Part shown: in pieces, positions 25,694 to 37,849 of the stretch
Layout of the letters: every line of letters begins with the position of its first letter
How positions within the stretch are numbered: position 1 is the stretch's first letter
Position numbers and translations under genes: made by a program
Assembly: GCA_964016885.1 (NCBI GenBank)
Contig: OZ024740.1
Location: 388,554,001 to 388,618,000 of the forward strand
DNA length: 64,000 nt
Direction of reading: 5' to 3'
Source of the DNA: Eledone cirrhosa
Taxonomy: Eukaryota
The notes under the pieces: model-generated
Database searches by the model: none
What the model saw: only the letters and a program-made list of their open reading frames with translations
Told to the model about the DNA's origin: nothing

Positions 25694-26492
25694 ACACGTG
25701 AGAATAATAAAAGTCACAGGAAATTCGGAAACGGCGGACACATAGGCAATACACGCCCGTCGGCTGTCTTCAGTCATTCATTATAGATTCGTGTTGTTGT
25801 CTGGCATGTTCGTACAGTACTATACGAACATGCCAGACAACAACACGACGGTAACATAGACAACATAGAAATTAGAATAATATCTAAACATAGAAATGAC
25901 CCACCAGATAGGCAAATCAGAGAGGCCAGCGAAATAAAACTTAGAAGGCCAAGGCTAAACAGAAAAACTGAATGGAATAACAACAACACCCAAACAAACA
26001 ACACTGACCTAAGAGAAGTATAAATAAATAAATAAATAAATACATACGCAAGCACAATAGCAACAAACACATATAAACACACACTAGTAAACTAAGAGAG
26101 AATACAATAACCCAAACACGAACACACATCAAACAAAACACTATACACACACGCAAACGCATGCGCAGAGAAGACACACAAAAAATAAATAAATAAACAG
26201 ACTAAATAAAGATGGCGTAGGCATACAATACAACGGGAGGAAACATAATAGCACCACTGACGATGTTGCAGATGTGCAACGAAAGAACTTTGTTAGACAA
26301 TATATATATGTTTGTGTCTATATTGTATCTGTATTTTTGACCGTTGGTCAGTCAATGGTAACATTGAGGACCAAATAAATTAAATTAACCGATATAAAAG
26401 ACACAGAAGCGAAAACCAACCAAACAGTGAGTGTGTTCTGTTATTAATTCTGGCAATATTATTACACACATATGACTCTCCCAAGTATAACA
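25693..26492 (+). mobile_element. Single-arm longer copy of the 1475-2549 family, in (TA)n
   Basis: Shares caccactgacgatgttgcagatgtgcaacgaaag (26252-26285) and the terminus gttctgttattaattctggcaatatt...tataac. Confidence 0.8.
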
Positions 26493-26516
<24 letters not shown>

Positions 26517-26523
<7 letters not shown>

Positions 26524-26987
26524 TGAAATGACAGGAGGCTGGATTTGTGTAAATCCTTGAAAGGTTTATTATACTATGATCATTTCAATGACCGGGTTCC
26601 GTATGAATCCGGTGATATCATCAGGTATTCGAAATATAATACGTGAATGTAATAGATAAAATCCATCGGGCTGAAAATCGAGGACCTCGATTTTCAGCCC
26701 CATGGATTTTATCTATTACATTCACGTATTATATTTCGAATACCTGATGATATCACCGGATTCATACGGAGCCCGGTCATTGAAATGATCATAGTATAAT
26801 AAACCTTTCAAGGATTTACACAAATCCAGCCTCCTGTCATTTCATTTAATATTTAACTCCGTAATAGCACCACCAACTACAAAAACAAAGACGGTTGAAC
26901 TGCCTTACGTTGAGTACTCTCTATATTATTGCATTACGATTGACCATACGGAATAGACCAGCTCTATACAGTGGTGAACCTCAAACC

Positions 26988-26990
<3 letters not shown>
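26517..26990 (+). mobile_element. Palindromic hammerhead mini-element (~335 bp hairpin + 140 bp tail) in (TA)n
   Basis: Near-perfect palindrome centred at ~26684. Hammerheads at 26571-26628 (-) and 26740-26797 (+). Relative at 63860-64000. Confidence 0.9.
26740..26797 (+). ncRNA. Type I hammerhead ribozyme
   Basis: ATAC-CTGATGA-tatc-ACCGG..CCGGT-catt-GAAA-TGATC-ATA-GTAT, with self-complementary TATGATCATA-like stem III region (ATGATCAT). Confidence 0.8.
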
Positions 26991-27040
<50 letters not shown>

Positions 27041-27044
<4 letters not shown>

Positions 27045-27398
27045 TAACAAAATAGATATTCTTGTGATCAAGTTTCAGAGGTACTGAGTTAACTTCAGCA
27101 GTACGTCCTCATCAGATAAAATAAGATGATGCATGACATACCCTGACATAGTAGATGGTTAAAATTCAGTCATGGTATGTCATGCATCATTTTATTTTAT
27201 CTGATGAGGACGTACTGTTGAAGTTAACTCAGTACCGCTGAAATATGTATAATAAAATATACTTGATCACAAGAATATCTATCTTGTTAATATTTTGAAT
27301 TAATATTAATAACTCTGGAAAACCACAACTGTTGAGTGCTTCCAATCTATTGTAAAACTCATTCTTTGATTTATTCATTGAACCTTGTTTAACCTTTA
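27041..27398 (+). mobile_element. Palindromic hammerhead mini-element (~250 bp hairpin + tail) in (TA)n
   Basis: Arms 27041-27140 and 27172-27292. The left arm lacks the stem III/cleavage segment. Confidence 0.85.
27193..27259 (+). ncRNA. Type I hammerhead ribozyme
   Basis: TATTTTAT-CTGATGA-ggac-GTACTG..CAGTAC-cgct-GAAA-TATGT-ATA-ATAAAATA. Confidence 0.82.
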
Positions 27399-27408
27399 AA
27401 TATATATG

Positions 27409-27464
<56 letters not shown>

Positions 27465-27465
27465 C

Positions 27466-27500
<35 letters not shown>

Positions 27501-29229
27501 AATGTGTGTGTATACGTGCATACACACACAAATATGTACACATATATACTAATTCTGTCTCACTGAGAAATATAACCTGCTACGTATGGGAAGACCTTCA
27601 AATGCTAAATTGGGGCGGTTTAATTGACTATTGCAATACATATAATTTCATTTACGTTGAATTGATTGTTATTTTACATTGATCCTGAGGTACCAAAAGC
27701 GTGTTATGCATCTTAAATGATGTCAAATAAACATAGTAATCGTAATTACTATCGTATGCTTGAAGAAACATGTTATATAATGTTTATTACGCTTTCAGTA
27801 ATGTTATTCAAATTTGTTAAGATAGATATTTAATGTAGTGTTACAGATAGTTCCATAGTATCGAATTACTGCTAATACTAAAAGATTTAACATGATATAC
27901 TACTTAGGACTTACAACAGAATAATTTTGAATAAAAGATCAGCAACAAACATTCATTTTAAATTTGACAATTTTGTTTTCTCTCATTCAACTGGTTTCAG
28001 TGATGAGACAGTGGCTATATGGTGCAATGCCGATCATATTAACCGGAATACCTATCTTACCCTCGTACCTATTTTATCGATATCCCCTTATCATATAGAC
28101 ATACCACTAAGACATAAACGAATACAAGATGTCACATTGTTTAATATCAGTATGAGGAAACATAGGAAGATACAGATATACTTAGATAAATATCATAAGG
28201 CATTAGCCGCTGATTTTCAATCAATTATGCCACTGACCACTTTCTTTAGAAAATGCCAACAGTGGAATTCTAAATCAAATAGATAAATTGGGTATGAATG
28301 CTCTTGTCCAAATTGATGTTTGTCAAGACTTATAATTTAGATTTTTCACCTACAAAGCTTCAAATATGGGAGAATGGGTACACAGCTGGTACATATTTCA
28401 TCGACTAAGGAAGGATGAAGTCAAACACCAAAAATGTAGCTAAATACCCCAATGAAGTTTTATTGTTAATCTACCGATTCTACCGATACTTCGAAATAGT
28501 AATATTCGGAAGTCTTTGTGCACGATATCAATCTTAAACTTTTATTCATTCTTTTGGTGAATCAAGTCAACAATAATTGTAATGTGTTTCGAATTTTAAG
28601 AAAGAACAACTTGGAAAATCCTACAGCACAAGCAACTCAGATGAATATCAAAACTAGAAGAAAATATGAATGACCTGTGGAGCAGAATCATATGTCTAAC
28701 TATACAAACAATGTGTGTATGATGAATAATATATTCATGACATAGCAACTACGAAATAATTGATAAAAATGTCCGTAAATTTTACATGACAAAGTAGAAC
28801 TTAAAATGCAACATAACCAAATACATTAAAACATGACTATTATGCCAATAGCGACAATAAAACGTACATGTCTGTGGTGAGAGATACATCAATTAGAAGA
28901 CATTTTTATTCTTCGTGTAATTTAACCATGATATTCGGTTGGTTGTCTTTGATCTACCTGTGAGTATGTTTTTACTATTTTTTTTCTTTTGGTATTTCGT
29001 AGTGTTAACATAGATTCCAGTGTTATGTAAATCCCAACTACTAACACCAACTAACAGCCACCACCAGTACTACAATAAAAGAAAACATTACCAACAAAAA
29101 CAACATCAATGACATCGACAGAAGTAGTAACAACTATGTCAATAACAGTAGTAACAAGGTACAACAACAGCAGCAACAGTAACAGCAACAACATATACAC
29201 AACACTGAAAACGTGTAAACAAGAAAGAT

Positions 29230-29400
29230 AATTGTTTCTACTTTTGGCACAATTACCCACTACATTACTGGTACTTTATTGTATCGACCCCGTAGGGATG
29301 AAAGGTAAAGTTAACCTCGGCGGGATTTGAACTCAGAATGGAAAGGGCCGTAACTCTTTGCGTCAAAGCATGGTGTCCGACCCTCTACCGATACTGCCAA
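29230..29400 (-). mobile_element. tRNA-derived SINE
   Basis: Reverse complement of the family consensus, including A- and B-boxes. Confidence 0.85.
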
Positions 29401-29437
29401 ATGATAATAGTTTCTTTAATAGTGATAATGATTATAA

Positions 29438-31156
29438 CACCGTGTAACTTTCTCTCTTCTTGGCTTGTAATCACTTTTTTGTGTTGCTTAGGTCCCAAAT
29501 AAATAAAAAAGTGCTATTAAACAGTTAAAAGTTTGGGTTGGTAAACATTCTAAGCTCTTCACTAGAATTATTTGTATGCTGGATTTTACGTTGTATGTAA
29601 GTTTAATTTGCTTATGTTAAATGGTTTTTTTTTTATATATGTTTCAGGTTAAATTAAAATGATAAAATAAAGAGCAATACCTAAAGAAAATTATAAAAGT
29701 GCAATAAAGTATAAAATTGTTAAAAAGTGGATTAAAGAGATTTATTGATACTGGATTTTCGCACCCTGAATAAAGCGTAAGTTGTTTTTTAAGCATTCGT
29801 CTCCAGGATGAAGCAGTGGAACTTGGTAAAGGAGGAAGTGCAGGTGACAAGTCAGAGAAGTCGGCACGAACCTTTCTCAGGCTTTTACACTCTTAGGGAT
29901 GGCCTCTGCTTCTGCCATGACGTGCCTGGAATGTTTGACGTTATTTGGGTGCCGTTTGTGCCCAAGGAGTGGCGGCTATTTATAGACAGCTCCACCAGAA
30001 GTTTGAAGGCTGTCCTCCTCCACAATGGAAACAAGTTCCCGACACTGCCCCTAGCTCATTCAGTCTGCCTGAAGGAAGATTACTCCAGTGTGAAAGTCCT
30101 CTTGGAAGCTCTGCAATACAACCAGTACAATTGGGAAATCATTGGAGACTTCAAGATGGTGGCTTTTCTGCTTGGACTCCAAGGAGGATTTATCAAATTT
30201 CAATACTTCCTCTACCTTTGGGACAGCAGCGCCACCTCTGACCACTACAAAAGAAAGAACTGAGAGCAGCGAACAGAATTTGTAGTTGGGACCCGGAATG
30301 TCATGTGGGAGCCACTGGTTGATCCCAGGATTGTGCTCATGCCACCACTGCACATTAAGTTGGGGTTGATGAAGGCTCTCAACCAAGAATCAGCCGCTTT
30401 TAAGTACCTTCTTGAGTTCTTCCCCAAGTTATCTGAGGCCAAAATCGAAGGTTGAAATTTTGTTGGACCTCAGATAAAGAAGGGGTTGGAGTCTACCGAG
30501 TTCTCCAATAAGCTCAATAGGATTGAGAGAACAACATGGAACTATTTCAAGGTAGTTGTTAAGGGCTTCCTGGGCAACTACAGAGCTGAAAACTACCAGC
30601 AACTGGTGCAGGATCTGATAAAGGCTTTTGGCGCCATGGGATACAGGATGTCGCTTAAACTCCATATACTGGACGCTCCCCTGGAAAAATTCAAGGACAA
30701 TATGGGCGCCTACTCAGAAGAACAAGGCGAACGATTCCACCAAGATGTGAAAGAGATAGAGCGGAGGTACCAGGGCCACTACAATGAAAGAATGATGGGG
30801 GACTATATCTGGGGGCTAGTGCGGGTATGCGACCTGGACTACAACCGCAAATCCAGGAAATCCAGTCATTTCTGACGTGTATAAATTGCTTTATAAGTGT
30901 TATTTGTTTTTACTTGTTTGCTTTTGATAAGCTTGTGTAATAAAATAAATATATACTCTGTTGATTTAATTATATGAACTGATAAATTTTAAAAAATGTG
31001 TTTTTTCTTGAAAAATATGAAAATTTCGAAATATCAAACTCCTGACCACAAACTCAAACTTCTGATTAAATAATAGTGTTTTTTTTATAATAATGGGATA
31101 TAACAAACCATGAAATGACACTTAGAACCGGGGAAGAAAAAATATGTTACACGGTG
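29438..31156 (+). mobile_element. Chapaev3-type (CMC superfamily) DNA transposon, internally deleted
   Basis: Termini CACCGTGTAAC / GTTACACGGTG flanked by TAA on both sides (3-bp TWA target duplication), with a transposase remnant inside. Confidence 0.8.
29795..30875 (+). pseudogene. Chapaev3-like transposase, N-terminally truncated, with stops and indels
   Basis: WRLFIDSSTRSLKAVLLHNGN, IIGDFKMVAFLLGLQGG, PPLHIKLGLMK, MSLKLHILD, MGAYSEEQGERFHQD, MMGDYIWGL. Stops at 30261 and near 30453. Confidence 0.85.
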
Positions 31157-31288
31157 TAATTATATTAATCATTATAAATACATTCTTTAGCCTGGTGACG
31201 CAGTTTATATAGAGATGGTATCTCAATAAAAATACTCGTATGTAGGAAACCACACGAACCACTCTTATCGAACCATGCTGCAAAATAA

Positions 31289-31430
31289 TAATTGTTTCTA
31301 CTTTAGGCACAAGGCCAGCAATTACCCAGTGCATTACTAGTACTTTATTTTATCGACCCCGTAAGGATGAAAGGCAAAGTCAACCTCGGCGGGATTTGAA
31401 CTCAGATCCTAAAGGGACGTAACTATGCTG
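31289..31430 (-). mobile_element. tRNA-derived SINE, truncated
   Basis: Family core and tail. Confidence 0.85.
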
Positions 31431-31979
31431 GAAAATAATAATGATACAATTAAGGGCGTGAATAAAGCCGATACAATTACGGTGAAGGTCTCTCGCTCTG
31501 CACGTTTGGGGTTCACTTAAAGTAGTTTGCCCAAGGACGGTCGTTACCAGGCAACAGATTTTCACTAGGGCGACGTACTTGAGACTTTTGGATGGAAAAG
31601 GACATTTTTTATATCAGAAAGTAAACTAATGAACCAAGGGAGGGTGATTAGGAGGAAGGGCTGGTTAACTGAGGTAGAAATATCACGGATTAGTCAATGT
31701 TTAAGAGAACCAGCAGATGAACAACAAAGAAGGTTAGAGTAGAAGCTGAAATCATTTCTACAGTTGAAGTCAATGAGAAAATGTACAACAGGAACAGGGC
31801 GATTATGATGATGAGACTCTTAGATCTGTTGAGAAGGATTGTGATGGATTGAACTCTAGTACCTAGTACAAAACCAAAGCTACTCCAGCGGAAACCGTAG
31901 TGAAACAGAACCCAGCAAGTAATGGTAGAATATGAGGCGGTGGAGAAGAAACAACTTGTTATGAATAAGGGTTATTATT

Positions 31980-32190
31980 GCGATGGATTTGCAGAATCGG
32001 TAGAGCGTTGGACACCATGCTTTGCAGCATAGGTATGGCCCTTTATATTCTGAGTTTAAATCCCGCCGAGGTTAACTTTGCCTTTCATCCTTACGGGGTC
32101 GATAAAATAAAGCACCAGTAATGCACTGGGGTCGATTTAATCGACTTTCCCCTTCCCCAAAATGGTTGGCCTTGTGCCTAAATCAGAAAC
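31980..32190 (+). mobile_element. tRNA-derived SINE (longer-tail subfamily)
   Basis: A/B boxes and core, plus an extra gggtcgatttaatcgact segment also seen at 50170. Confidence 0.85.
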
Positions 32191-32699
32191 CTTTATTATT
32201 ATTACACTATATTATTTTTTTAATCTTGTATTTCACTTATTTATCAGCGATTTCTGAATGTATACGTTAGTCTATATTAAAACCAGCAGCCGTAATTTAC
32301 ATAATTTAGCGCTTCCACTAATAAAATTGATTTATTATAGAGATGGCACCTCAGAACTTTTTAATTCTGTTTGGTACAATTCCAAACACCATTCTTTTTG
32401 CAACTACCTTCATTACATTATTACTCCCTCATCCTTGAAGACTGGATATCATTGAAATAATTTATGTTTTAAATAGTTGCTTCTAATTCTGACAATAATG
32501 TGTTGCAGAATGGTTCTTACCAACTATAATGGTAATTAAAATCCTTAAGTATGTCGATATTGCTATCGTGTGATCGTGCTCATGCTAGCTCTACGTACTT
32601 TCTAAACTATATTTCTGCACAATTTCCACTGTCCGTCCACACACCATTAATGATTTTCTTCTTCAATCTTTCTACATCATTCTTTATTTCATTTCCTAT

Positions 32700-34140
32700 T
32701 GTGTAATCTACCTAAAGATGATTTCGGAATTTTAGCTACTGGAAATTTATTGCATCTTTTCCTCGAATCTAATCATTACTTTCAAATAATATTCCATAAT
32801 ATATAGATTTCTTAATCATGCTCATGATTAAACTATAAAAGTACTTTCATCTATCTTCCTAAAATATATTCGTATATTTTCCTTTGTTTCCACATAAACC
32901 ACTCTTATCGAACCATGCTCCAAAAATTCGTATATTTTCCTTTGTTTCCAAAATATTTCTTCTCGAATTCACTTGATTCTTTACATCTTTCAATTATTCA
33001 AGTACTTGCCTAATGAATTTATCTACGTTACTGTATAAAAGTTTGATCTATTTTAGGCTATACAATATAGTCTCCTATTAGTCTAACACTGTCTTTGTAG
33101 TTGTGTCGGATTTAGGAAATGTTTAAATCATTTAATCGGTATGGCCGGAAATGTGGCATTGTTAGCACACTGTGTTTGTTTCACTGTGTATTCAGGCACC
33201 TCAGGATTTCTTTTCTTGGCTTTAGTGGAAGCAGAGAAACTCTCTATTCTAACTATTCGTGGTGCACAACCAAGCAAAACATATTTAGGTCTAGTGAAGT
33301 GGTGATTATTGCTGAATGCTAATTCCTCCATAATGAAATGTGTTCCATACCATGTATTGTGTATCTAGGAATACATTGACTAATGTGTCCGCCTGTAAGT
33401 CATCAAGGAGGGTATGATTTAATGAATGCTTTCCTGGTATTTCTAGCAGTTTGAGTGACTGTGTAGTGTTTCCTAGTTGTAGTGCTAATGAAGCCTTTAA
33501 TAATTGTTTCTACTTTAGGCACAAGGCCAGCAATTACCCAGTGCATTACTGGTACTTTATTTTATCGACCCCGTAAGGATGAAAGGCAAAGTCAACCTCG
33601 GCGGGATTTGAACTCAGATCGTAAAGGGACGTAATTATGCAGGAAAGCATGGCGTCCGACCCTCTACCGATACTGTCAAAATGTTATTAAATCTATATTC
33701 AAATGCTTTTGTCTTCATTGAGTGAAGGAGATATGAAGGAGATTGTAGTCGGGAATGTTGTAGATAACTGTGATTTGTTGAAGATTAGGTTTGAATCAGA
33801 TATTGAGAGTGCTAGACCTAGCTGAAACAGCCAGCATGGCCAAATAAGTATCGAGATAGCATCAGGTTTTGATTCAGATTGGTTCCCAGATTATGCGATC
33901 TCTGACTGTGTTTGCAGTCAGTGATGATACTTTTACAATGCTGTTTTGTTTGTTAGTATATTCTTAGTTTAGGAAGCAGTGGCATTATTCCCAGCATGGT
34001 ACTCGCTCTATATTTTGCTTAGTAAGAACAGGTGTTTTGTTTCTGGTTAATTTAATTGTATCTTTCAATACTACGTTCACTTCTCTAGGATCCATTTTAC
34101 ACATACCATAAAGTCTGATCACATTTTTACTCACTCAGCG
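32700..34140 (-). pseudogene. Highly decayed non-LTR RT remnant (possibly R4/Dong-like), interrupted by a SINE at 33500-33678
   Basis: Minus-strand peptide traces such as SIVKSIITDCK...HNL resemble the region before the DYxKAYD motif. No intact motif. Confidence 0.3.
33500..33678 (-). mobile_element. tRNA-derived SINE
   Basis: Near-complete reverse-complement copy. Confidence 0.88.
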
Positions 34141-34175
34141 GTACATTTAATACATACTGGCCAGTCGTTATTATA

Positions 34176-34365
34176 GGCGGTGGATTGGCAGTATCGGTAG
34201 AGGGTCGCATACCATGCCTTGCAGTATAGAGTTACAGCCCTTTACAGTCTGAGTTGAAATCCTACCGAGGTTAACTTTGCCTTTCATCATTACGAGGTCG
34301 ATTAAATAAAGTACCAGTAATGCATTGGTTTAATTGCTGGCCTAGTGCCAAAAATAGAAACAATC
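34176..34365 (+). mobile_element. tRNA-derived SINE, full length
   Basis: Starts GGCGGTGGATTGGCAGTATCGG and ends tagaaacaat. Confidence 0.88.
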
Positions 34366-34767
34366 ATATTTATTATTGTTGTTTTTTAGTCCAAGGAAAT
34401 GCCTGCTGGATCCTGGTTTTATGTATGAATCGACGTCCCGGTTAATAGCACATGTATGGCATGGAGGACGATAGGTGTAACAAAATATCATCTTAGTGAT
34501 GGATGTGAAGTGGCGCACATTTATTTAGAGGGAAACATAAAAGTGACCACTGTGGAGGTAGTCATGACAGGCCTTGGGAATGAGGGTAAAAATACATAAA
34601 TAAATAAAAAATACAAGAACACAGTAAAAGAGTAAAAAATAAGGTATGTACATCAGTAGTTAATAAGAAATAAGGAATAGAATAGAATAACGATAGTGAA
34701 TTACGAGAGCTAACATATTAATAGAATAGGAATACCAAAATATAAATATCGAATATAAATAACAAAA

Positions 34768-34852
34768 TGAAAATAAACAGGTGTTCAATGAAAATAAACA
34801 GGTGTGCAATGAAAATAAACAGGTGTTCAATGAAAATAAACAGGTGTGCAAT
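34768..34852. repeat. 21-bp minisatellite x4
   Basis: (TGAAAATAAACAGGTGTKCAA)4. Confidence 0.92.
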
Positions 34853-36019
34853 GTATACATGTACATGAAAACAATGACGATCATGGATCTAGGAGAAATT
34901 TGGTGTAAAGTCAAGGATTAAAATCGGGGGTTTATTTGAGGGAAAATAATTGTTGTGAAGTTTAATATAACGTATAAACATGCGCAATGGAAATATTGAT
35001 CGTGCTCTAGACTAAGGGAAGGAATATTTTATAGACTAAATAGAGGTATAGTACAGCTGAACGTAATCGAATAGTGAGAATATGTATATTCGATAGGATA
35101 TGAACTTACCTTTGTTATTGGTCGCCAAACTATACATCATGTGAAGTGCAGCTTTAACTCCTATGTAGTTTATTGTTTAATTATTTATAATTTCGTATGC
35201 GTGATAAGTTCTCACTTTAGTATATGAGTAACTGTTCAAACCTATCAAAAGAGACCAGAAATGTGCATCAAGATATGAAACCCCAGCCTTCGTATTAAAT
35301 GCTCTCTCACTTTCTTTCTCTCCCTCGTTTCGTTTTGTTACGAAAAAGTATTTTTCTTTGGTAGCGAGGTCATCCATATGTTTATATAAACGTATTAAAT
35401 ATGTTTATATATATTCTCACATACATCATTAATATGGTTAGACGTTGTCTTAGTACTATCGCCAATTAAATATAACGGACTAAGCAAATGAACATTTCTA
35501 GTCCTTCTTTTCTATTTGGTATATGCAAACGAGTATCCCCAGCAAGTGATCATCATACACGATTCTATATAGACTATAGTCTAATCTATTTCATGTCAAT
35601 AGGTTTTGAATGAGTGTCACTGATGAACGATTAACAAATACAGATACGGTGTTGTCTGATATTCTCAGAATATAATTGCAACTCTATGATTTATTCATAG
35701 AAAAAAATAGGAAAAAATATTTTTTTTCATTTCGTTTGGTTTTGTTACGAAAAATGTTTCTTCGGCAGCGACGTTACCTATATGTTTATTGTATATAAGC
35801 ATATCATATATGTTTATAAATGCTTTCATATACACATATATTATGCTTAAACGCTGTCTTAGTGCTGTCGCCAATTATATATATATATATATATATGTGT
35901 GGGTGTGTGTGTGTGTTTGTATGTGTGTGTGTATGTGTGTGTGTGCGTGTATGCGTGTATGTGTGTGCGTATGTGTATGTGTGCGTGTCTGTCTGTATGT
36001 GAGTGTGTGTGTGTGTTGA

Positions 36020-36295
36020 CGAGTGCTCCATTTGTCTCATCTTATGGAGTAGGCTACCCTTTAAATTAAAGTGCAATTCACTGAACATTCCAGTCACGTT
36101 TATCTTTAACGTAGACTTCTTGAAGAATTAGTACGACATAGTGTGTAATAAGGCTGACCCTTTCAAATACAGTTGTAACTGATTTTTATCAGCTGAATAA
36201 CGTAAAATAACGCGTCTTGCTCAAGGATACAACACACTGCCGGCAATCGAACTCATGATTGCGGCAGTAGCCAAACAAATTCCTAAGCCGCGCGC
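36020..36295 (-). mobile_element. Second tRNA-derived SINE family (decayed)
   Basis: Minus strand reads GAGTTCGATTGCC (B-box) followed by GTGTGTTGTATCCTTGAGCAAGACGC, a V/CORE-type SINE body. Confidence 0.55.
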
Positions 36296-37004
36296 TTCCA
36301 AACACCTTCTCATACGCACATACACATATATTTAAATACATACACACGCACACATACATGCATACATACATACATACATACATACATAAGTATATACATA
36401 CATGTGTCTATGTTAGTGTGTATGTGTTTGTGTGCGCGTATGGTTGTGTTGGTGAGTGTGCATGTATATGTGTGTGTCACGATTCTTTTATTAACCACTT
36501 TAGAGTAATGTAAGATTTGTTTTTCTAACGAATTATTTTAATTAAAATTTTGAAAATTAATTTTAAATACCTAAAAATAATGACTTGCTTAATCAATTTT
36601 GATTTATTCAATAATGTTTGTGTAGTTGCAGAGTAATATTCAACTTCGAAGGGTTTTTTTTTATGCTGTTACACGGATTTTATCAAATAAATATGAAAGA
36701 TAATAAAATAATCTCATAGTTAATCGCCTTTGTATATTCAATAATTTACCAATTTCAAATTAATATCTATCTCATGGATTTATCAGTGCAACATGGAATT
36801 CAAATATAATAGAGAGTTGTGTTAGTGTAATTAAATTAAATAAGTTCACTTTAGATTTGAGATCAATGTACTCTGTTTTGTTGCCACAGTCAAGTTACAT
36901 ATAAATAAGTCAGTTTACAATTGCGAAGAATATATCTATTTTCTTCTTTCATATTTTAGGCCTAAAATGTATGTCAATTCATTCGTATTTCAACATGAGA
37001 GTTA

Positions 37005-37275
37005 TATTTCTGGTGTCTTTGGCCCTAGGGCTACCCCCCTACTTACCACCATAGGCGCTAAGCTGGCCAGCCGCAGGTGTGAGCCTCGCGAATTGGAATG
37101 GCTCTTCCAGCCCATCTCCCTTACCATCCTCCGGGGAAACGCCTTCTCCATTCTGTCCGCCTTCTCCATTTGCTCACCATACAGAGAGATGGGGAGGGCG
37201 AGAGAGATGGAGGCGATGACAGTGGGAGTTCGGCTCTTCCACGTTCGGTCCATATCTTTGTGGTTTTGTTCATTA
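37005..37275 (+). pseudogene. 3' fragment of CRE-clade non-LTR retrotransposon (restriction-like endonuclease C-terminus)
   Basis: SGVFGPRATPLLTTIGAKLASRRCEPRELEWLFQPISLTILRGNAFSIL. Confidence 0.75.
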
Positions 37276-37849
37276 AGCAGTTAATGAGTCTGTTTATGTA
37301 TACGTACATTTAGTCAGAAAGTATGATACATCTGTTGAACACCGTCTTGTATATTTAGGTTTTAGCATTTCTGAGAAATGTGATTCGATTCTTCTACACG
37401 ATCTATCTAGCCGTGTAGTAAGATAGCTGTGATTGCCTACACGCGTAAATGAACGGGATTCTATGAGTGAGAAAAGCCCATTTTTCAGTACATTCATATA
37501 TTTTATTCAACAGCAAAATACGTCACGATTAATTTAGTGAAAATTAGATCGATACTAGTCACACTTGAACACCACTTCATTTCGCTGAATGTAAATAATT
37601 GAATAATACATCTTTCACCATTTCTAAGCAGAAACATATCGTCATTGAAATGCCATCTAAATTACAACATGCAAATAGTTAATGACAACGATGCAATGAT
37701 TTTTTTTTTCTTCCTTTCATTCTTTTTTTCTTTATTTCTTTGTATCTGTCTTTCCTTCTTTCCTTTTCCATTTTCTTTCCCTTTTTTCTTTCTTCATTTC
37801 TGTAGATTCTCCTAATAATTGTATTTAAGACTATTCAACAGAATTCGTA

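Noticed and set aside
27990-28290. Possible decayed Helitron helicase C-terminus (IPILPS...PLRHKRIQ)
   Set aside because: Resemblance too weak to support without an alignment
34768-34852. CRISPR-like repeats
   Set aside because: Head-to-tail minisatellite with no spacers, in eukaryotic context
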